From NCBI GenBank assembly GCA_043752765.1, contig JAYUXX010000240.1:1-52238 (forward strand): a stretch of 52,238 nt of DNA, written 5' to 3'. The DNA is from Saprospiraceae bacterium. Lineage in GTDB: Bacteria > Bacteroidota > Bacteroidia > Chitinophagales > Saprospiraceae. The notes beneath the pieces were generated by a model. It saw only the letters and a list, made by a program, of their open reading frames with translations. It had not been told where the DNA came from and did not search any database. Shown here piece after piece: positions 47,502 to 52,238 of the stretch (its first letter is position 1; each line of letters starts with the position of its first letter). The position numbers and the translations under genes are program-made.

Positions 47502-47870
47502 TTATTCTTCCTCAGAATGGGGTATCATCATACTTGGAGTTCCTTTCAAAATTGCTCGGCCATAATTCTTAAAAAGTGATCGTTCAACCCGCAATACTTT
47601 ATCACCTAGTTCTTGAGATATGGTATGATGGTGAATACTGGTATAGTGGCGGATCTGTTCATTAAGCCTGACCGGGACTAATAAATTATACTGTTCTAAG
47701 TAGAAGTTATGATTTTCAATATTCAATTGGTTGTCCCTTAGTCCTGTAGATGGTGTATTGGGCAAGGATTCAATTATCTCCTTGACTGCATCCTTGATCT
47801 CGTTAATGGCATGGGTTAAAAACTCCTGTTCTGTCATGGTGTAGAGATATACCTGGATCAGAGCAATCAA
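47502..47870 (-). CDS. Hypothetical protein
   Basis: 122-aa ORF. The likely start is the internal MTEQEF. No motif. Confidence 0.4.
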   Translation of the reverse strand: MIALIQVYLYTMTEQEFLTHAINEIKDAVKEIIESLPNTPSTGLRDNQLNIENHNFYLEQYNLLVPVRLNEQIRHYTSIHHHTISQELGDKVLRVERSLFKNYGRAILKGTPSMMIPHSEEE

Positions 47871-48008
47871 AGTAATTACAATCCAATTGTTCGGTTAATT
47901 GCATAAGTTTCTGTTCCACGTGGGGTGTAAAATTACCGTTCTATGACGTTCTTGCAGCAGTCCATTACTCCTCGTAAAATTGGCACTTTAAATATCCAAT
48001 AATTTTAC

Positions 48009-48269
48009 CTATTCCTCTTTGTCACTAAATTGATTGACAAAAGAATCACCACCGTCATAAATATCGTAGAGTGATGCCGCACCTAATGCGTCCTTATCAG
48101 ATTTGGGCAAATGGTAATGGGACTTGAGGATCCCATCATTATCTAAGGCTTCCTGGTCACTCTTTTTAATTTCGTGACCACGGTTAATTAAGGCTTTCAT
48201 GTCGTTGATTGACATGTCTTTATATTCTTTGGCGTTAGCCTTCATTTGCTGTAAAATCGAGTTCTTCAT
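48009..48269 (-). CDS. Small conserved protein, paralog of 21037-21294
   Basis: 86 aa. High nucleotide similarity by eye to the inverted copy at 21.0-21.3 kb. Confidence 0.55.
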   Translation of the reverse strand: MKNSILQQMKANAKEYKDMSINDMKALINRGHEIKKSDQEALDNDGILKSHYHLPKSDKDALGAASLYDIYDGGDSFVNQFSDKEE

Positions 48270-48274
48270 TTTTG

Positions 48275-48679
48275 CTATCGGATTTTATCAAGTAAAGCTC
48301 TGTTTTCTCTCAGGAGTTTTAAAAGCCTTCGTGAATATTTGTTTTGTTTTGATCCAATTACGCCCTTAACAAATGTCTCAGCGACAAATTCATTAATATT
48401 TGCTTGGGCATAAACTGAAATGGGTATTCTTCCTTGCTTTGTATCTCTTAAAAAGCTTTTATAAAGCGAGGCAATTGATTTATTCAACTTAGAAAGTTTT
48501 GGGTATCTACCCTCAATTCTATCAACCCAAATTGAATGTCCTAACTCATGAACCACGATGTATTGAAGTGGTGTTGTTGCCGGAACAGACCATTTGGATT
48601 TAAACTCCTTTCTAAGATCTTTGATAATCTCTTTAGATGATCGATTATAATCTTCTGGTAGTGAATTAACGAGGAGCAT
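48275..48679 (-). CDS. Mini HExxH metallopeptidase-like protein
   Basis: 134 aa. VVHELGHSIW plus downstream YAQANINEFVAETF, an arrangement reminiscent of MuF/SPP1 gp7 C-terminal regions. This is recollection, not a search. Confidence 0.5.
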   Translation of the reverse strand: MLLVNSLPEDYNRSSKEIIKDLRKEFKSKWSVPATTPLQYIVVHELGHSIWVDRIEGRYPKLSKLNKSIASLYKSFLRDTKQGRIPISVYAQANINEFVAETFVKGVIGSKQNKYSRRLLKLLRENRALLDKIR

Positions 48680-48848
48680 TCATTGCATCATCTATCTTTG
48701 CGAATTCCAAATCTTTTAGAACGAGTATACTACCATCAGTTAAACTTACGGTAACATTCGAATTGGTACCACGGCTACATTTAAGAATTGTATTAGCATC
48801 CAACGTATAAATTGCCCCATCCAGTCCAGTGACTTGTAAAGTTGCCAT
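48666..48848 (-). CDS. Hypothetical small protein
   Basis: 60-aa ORF that overlaps the next gene by 14 nt (operon). Confidence 0.4.
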   Translation of the reverse strand: MATLQVTGLDGAIYTLDANTILKCSRGTNSNVTVSLTDGSILVLKDLEFAKIDDAMNAPR

Positions 48849-48872
48849 ATGAATTATTTTAAAGTGTAAATC

Positions 48873-49166
48873 TTACATTAGAAAAAATCTGTCTTTCGCA
48901 TTCAACAATACTTTCCTTACAACATCTTGTGATTCACCAAGTATATATTGACGAAAGGAAGGGCTTTGATCTTCTTGATCATTTAAAAATGTATTCAATC
49001 TTTCAGCAGCCATATCTGGAATTTCCTTTTGAACTTGGATCATAGCTTCGGTCCATTTAGTTGCCTTTGTGAAAACTATATCCTTATCAGGGGTGTAATC
49101 CCAAATTTCTTGAACCTTCCGGTTTAATCCGTTTTCCAAATTGGATAAAAATTCAGGTGTAGTCAT
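48873..49166 (-). CDS. Hypothetical small protein
   Basis: 97-aa ORF, first gene of the 49166-48009 minus-strand operon. Confidence 0.45.
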   Translation of the reverse strand: MTTPEFLSNLENGLNRKVQEIWDYTPDKDIVFTKATKWTEAMIQVQKEIPDMAAERLNTFLNDQEDQSPSFRQYILGESQDVVRKVLLNAKDRFFLM

Positions 49167-49225
49167 AGAAAATTAGGTTTGGAACCATAAATGAAATTGA
49201 TCGATAATTAATTCCCTTCAACATA

Positions 49226-49473
49226 TCAATTATTTCTTACATCTATCCGATCTATTAGTGAACTTTGTACCATATTCGTTGGAATATAGTACAAAGGCTG
49301 GTAGCTGCATAACAGCCTGGAATTCCTCTGTCGATGAAGTGTATTTGGTAGCTCTTTCCCTGCTCCGTCAAAAACAATAATTAATCCATTCAATACTAAG
49401 CTTTGAATAGCTTTAGAGATGATCATTAAGCATAGCCCGATCTTCTCCTTAAACTGATTTATGAGAGACCTAT
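49226..49473 (-). pseudogene. Copy B of the winged-helix-like gene (start codon lost)
   Basis: It has ACG TCT CAT AGG where copy A2 has ATG TCT CGC CTG ATT TAT AGG. An in-frame TAG lies just upstream. The C-terminal part is intact (…PTNMVQSSLIDRIDVRNN). Confidence 0.45.
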
Positions 49474-49801
49474 GAGACGTCTGAGACTAAACTCAGTATA
49501 GATCGATTGGCCAAGTTTTTTAATTTTTCCAAAGTAATTGATGGGGAATTTGGGTGGCAAGTTAAGCAGATTCGAGGATACCTATATGGTTTCTAGGACG
49601 ACTAAAAACTCTTAGAAACGGCCGGGGTATCGGCCTAAATCAGGTTTTAAAAATTTGCTTTGGATCGTGTTTTTGACAAAATCCTTTTCCAAGAAGTCAT
49701 ACAAGATTCAATTAGTAGTTTTGGTTTTTCTAGGATCTTTTGGACTTTCAGTTTTTCGTAAATGAAATTAACTTTGGGCTTTCTTTGATTAAGGAAGGTA
49801 T

Positions 49802-49822
49802 AATTGTATCCTATTTGTACCT
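49802..49822 (+). promoter_or_regulatory. AATTGTATCC / ATTTGTACCT tandem motifs near the right element end
   Basis: Same orientation and 11-bp phasing as the pair at 8304-8324. Confidence 0.35.
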
Positions 49823-49874
49823 ATATAATTAACTTATATTATAAGTGACTGATATATAATTTATTACATCACTA

Positions 49875-49894
49875 GGTTACTTTTGCACGCCAAT
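49875..49894. repeat. Right copy of the 20-bp direct repeat (putative attR core)
   Basis: GGTTACTTTTGCACGCCAAT, identical to 8170-8189. Confidence 0.8.
49878..49885 (+). promoter_or_regulatory. Bacteroidota-type -7 promoter box TACTTTTG for yebC
   Basis: Matches the TAnnTTTG consensus. It lies 20 nt upstream of the ATG at 49906, inside the direct repeat. Confidence 0.5.
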
Positions 49895-49905
49895 ATTGAA
49901 AAAGG

Positions 49906-50628
49906 ATGGGTAGGATATTCGAAGTACGTAAGTCAACAATGTTTGCCCGGTATGACCGGATGGCTAAACAATTCACGCGCATAGGGAAGGAGATTGCCAT
50001 TGCTGTCAAAGCTTCCGGTCCTGAGCCCGACTATAATCCTTCATTGCGACGGACTATTCTAAATGCCAAGAGCGTCAATATGCCCAAAGACAAAGTGGAA
50101 GCTGCGATCAAGCGGGCCATGGGCAAAGACACAGCCAACTTTGAGGAGGTCCTTTATGAAGGGTATGGACCCCACGGTATAGCAATCATTGTCGAGTCTG
50201 CTACAGATAACATTGTACGGACAGTGGCTGATGTGAGGTCTGTGTTTAATAAAGGTGGTGGAGCCCTCAGCACCAGCGGAAGCGTTAGTTTTCAGTTTAC
50301 TAAAATGGGTGTCTTCAACCTTCCTCCAAAGGATCTCGATCCGGAAATGCTGGAACTCGAATTAATTGATTCAGGCCTTGAAGAAATGGGAGAAGGGACG
50401 CTTGAAGACGGCCGAGAGGTCCTTGTGGTCAGGTGTGCGTTTACAGATTTTGGTAATATGCAGAAGGCCCTGGAGGATAAGGGCATTCCGGTACTAACCT
50501 CTGAATTGGAATGGATCCCGTCCACTCCTGTTGAGCTTTCCGAAGAGCAGGCAGAAGATGTGCTGAAACTTGTCGCCAAGCTTGAGCAGAACGAAGATGT
50601 ACAGCGGGTTTTCCACAATTTGGCTTAG
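49906..50628 (+). CDS. yebC: YebC/PmpR family DNA-binding transcriptional regulator
   Basis: [35 protein letters not shown]...[14 protein letters not shown]...VQRVFHN is characteristic of YebC. Confidence 0.92.
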   Translation: MGRIFEVRKSTMFARYDRMAKQFTRIGKEIAIAVKASGPEPDYNPSLRRTILNAKSVNMPKDKVEAAIKRAMGKDTANFEEVLYEGYGPHGIAIIVESATDNIVRTVADVRSVFNKGGGALSTSGSVSFQFTKMGVFNLPPKDLDPEMLELELIDSGLEEMGEGTLEDGREVLVVRCAFTDFGNMQKALEDKGIPVLTSELEWIPSTPVELSEEQAEDVLKLVAKLEQNEDVQRVFHNLA

Positions 50629-50722
50629 AAACCGTCTTGTCTGGAACTTGCCAGACTGAATTTCACAATTTCGTATTCAATGACACGTATATCCTCTAAT
50701 GTCCCCGGCTAAAAACGTCTGG

Positions 50723-50775
50723 TGGCACCACTAGTTGTGCCACCACTAGTCGTGCCACCACTAGTCGTGCCACGA
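50723..50775. repeat. 15-bp tandem repeat GTGCCACCACTAGTC, about 3.5 copies
   Basis: Copies at 50723-50737 (GTGGCACCACTAGTT), 50738-50752 and 50753-50767, plus a partial copy at 50768-50775. Located in the convergent intergenic region. Confidence 0.8.
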
Positions 50776-50861
50776 GGTCCTAACCTTCTGAATATCAGGA
50801 TCCCCAGAGCTGTTTTAACATTTAATTCAGGCTTTTTCAAATCCGCGACAGTATCGCACGA

Positions 50862-51682
50862 TCAATCGTCAATCTTCACGATTACTTCATTTTTTGTCAT
50901 TTCATTTGAACGTATATTCAAAATATACCGACCTGATGCAACATCAGGCAACCCGTCGACGTAGATTTCATTTTTTCCGAATTCTAACAGGTTCGTAGAA
51001 GACCAATGGATCTTTCCTGTGACATCATACAGTAGGATTTCGTATAAACCCTTTTTCGCTATCTCTACCTGGTAAGTGAACGACTGAGAGAATGGATTTG
51101 GAAACACAAAGAAGGAATCCGGGGTCGTTACTATTTGAGCTTTAGGAAACGTATGGAAATCGTTTGTATCAACCCCAAATGAAGTCCTACACTCCCCTCG
51201 CAAAACGCAACCATCTCGTAAAAGGCAACCAAATCCGCAAGTGTATCCCATTACTGTTACACCAGGAATTTCATAAACACGCTCTTCCAGTTTGATGTCG
51301 TGATCTTGCTGACTCACAAATGAAGAGACGGTTACTCTTGGTTCATCATATCCAGTCATAGAAAACAAGATATTCTGATCCACATAAGATGTCTCTTTGA
51401 TTGGGATGGTAAGCTTGTATGTACCATCCTCACCGGCACTTCTGCCTATAGAGTGATCTTCGAGATAAACTACCGCACCCACTAATGGATCACCATTCTT
51501 ATCGGTAACTTTCCCAGAAAGATTAATGTAGCAAACATCTAGCCTCACAAGCTAGCATCTTATAATACTTCCTTCAGGCAATAAGGTTGAATCTTCCGGT
51601 AACAGTGATGAAATTTGAGCGTGCGATATAAACCCTCCAGAGAAGATCGCCACCCAAAATAATTTCTTTTAAGATTTTTCAT
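50862..51682 (-). pseudogene. T9SS cargo protein gene with decayed 5' end
   Basis: The body has a CarboxypepD_reg-like LSGKVTDKNGDPLVGAVVYLED and a T9SS CTD FFVFPNPFSQSF...GRYILNIRS. The ATG at 51682 is out of frame with the signal-peptide-like KLFWVAIFSGGFISHAQ. An in-frame TAG (51552-51554) precedes the track ORF. Confidence 0.55.
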
Positions 51683-51835
51683 GGCTCCTATGTTTTGATA
51701 ATTAATTGTGATCAAATTATCATATCACAAATGCCTCTACTATCAAAAAGTCACAGAGGAAATCATTGTAATTTCAGAAAATACCAATTGTCTCTCTCAG
51801 GACAAATTCTCTTTGCAACAACAAAATTTAGAAAT

Positions 51836-51864
51836 AAAAAAAGGCCATCGTTTAACCGATGACC
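51836..51864 (-). terminator. Rho-independent terminator
   Basis: Minus-strand RNA GGUCAUCG-GUUAAA-CGAUGGCC followed by U7, 37 nt downstream of the stop at 51901. Confidence 0.7.
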
Positions 51865-51900
51865 ATTCCTGGATATGAATAAATAATAACGCTTAAACTA

Positions 51901-52238
51901 CTATTCAATCATTACTTTCCTGAGCAATAATTCTTTGTCTGTTTGAATGAGAATTGTGTAGAGGCCCGGTGGTACGCCGGGAATATTAATTTGGTTATTT
52001 ACGATTTGACTGTTTAATACCTGACGGCCGTCAAAACTTGTCATTATTACTTTTGAACCTGCAGGTAAGTAGTTTCCATCATTGTACGTAACGATAAAGA
52101 AATCTTTTGCAGGATTCGGAAATACGGTGAGCTTATCATCATCTACGAACAGAGTAGGTATCAAGCCAAATTTGAATGTATTTGAAGTGGCCTCGCATCC
52201 AGAAGTAAACGTTGTAAAATGCAACTGGTAAGTACCAT
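51901..52238 (-). CDS. T9SS C-terminal sorting domain protein, 5'-partial (open to window end)
   Basis: LTVFPNPAKDFFIVTY...GLYTILIQTDKELLLRKVMIE is a type A T9SS CTD. The frame stays open upstream of the track's TTG start to position 52238. Confidence 0.7.
   Translation of the reverse strand, partial: GTYQLHFTTFTSGCEATSNTFKFGLIPTLFVDDDKLTVFPNPAKDFFIVTYNDGNYLPAGSKVIMTSFDGRQVLNSQIVNNQINIPGVPPGLYTILIQTDKELLLRKVMIE

Noticed and set aside
50722-50964. Track ORF 50722-50964 (+) encoding MAPLVVPPLVVPPLVVP...
   Set aside because: It is a translation of the 15-bp tandem repeat, and it then runs antisense into the 3' end of the T9SS cargo gene. It starts at a non-ATG codon.

Overview
AT-rich Bacteroidota-type chromosomal segment, judged from T9SS C-terminal sorting domains, SprB-type repeats and TAnnTTTG promoter boxes. 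The chromosomal flanks are 1-8169 and 49895-52238. The left flank holds a 3'-partial giant secreted protein that is missing from the ORF track, a VOC/SRPBCC/ArsR operon, a TPR membrane protein and a DUF2807 lipoprotein. The right flank holds a yebC-family gene, a decayed T9SS cargo gene and a 5'-partial T9SS cargo gene. Between them lies a ~41.7-kb integrative element bounded by a perfect 20-bp direct repeat (8170-8189 / 49875-49894) that contains the -7 promoter box of yebC. The element backbone is a tyrosine integrase, an Xis-like HTH, a P-loop ATPase, a TCGTTTA iteron array and a Zn-finger/Toprim primase. The cargo, in order: (1) a repeat-flanked block of four secreted proteins (14.0-18.9 kb); (2) a mosaic zone of duplicated and decayed modules (19.8-22.0 kb) with partners at 45.9-49.5 kb; (3) a RiPP locus (21.8-30.1 kb) with a double-glycine-leader precursor, ATP-grasp ligase, SPASM-only protein, two exported paralogs, and a C39-ABC exporter plus HlyD; (4) an HTH / 99-aa ORF / dGTPase-family operon convergent with a single-chain SIR2-APAZ-short pAgo; (5) an acidic protein in frame with a Tae4-type amidase toxin across one TGA, followed by an exported candidate immunity protein; (6) an IS21-family element with a 5-bp TSD splitting a small gene; (7) an HExxH protein pair, a Fic protein, a Zn-ribbon ORF plus RES-domain protein, and a four-gene small-ORF operon. 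I saw no rRNA, tRNA or CRISPR array. All domain calls come from motif recognition by eye, with no database searches.
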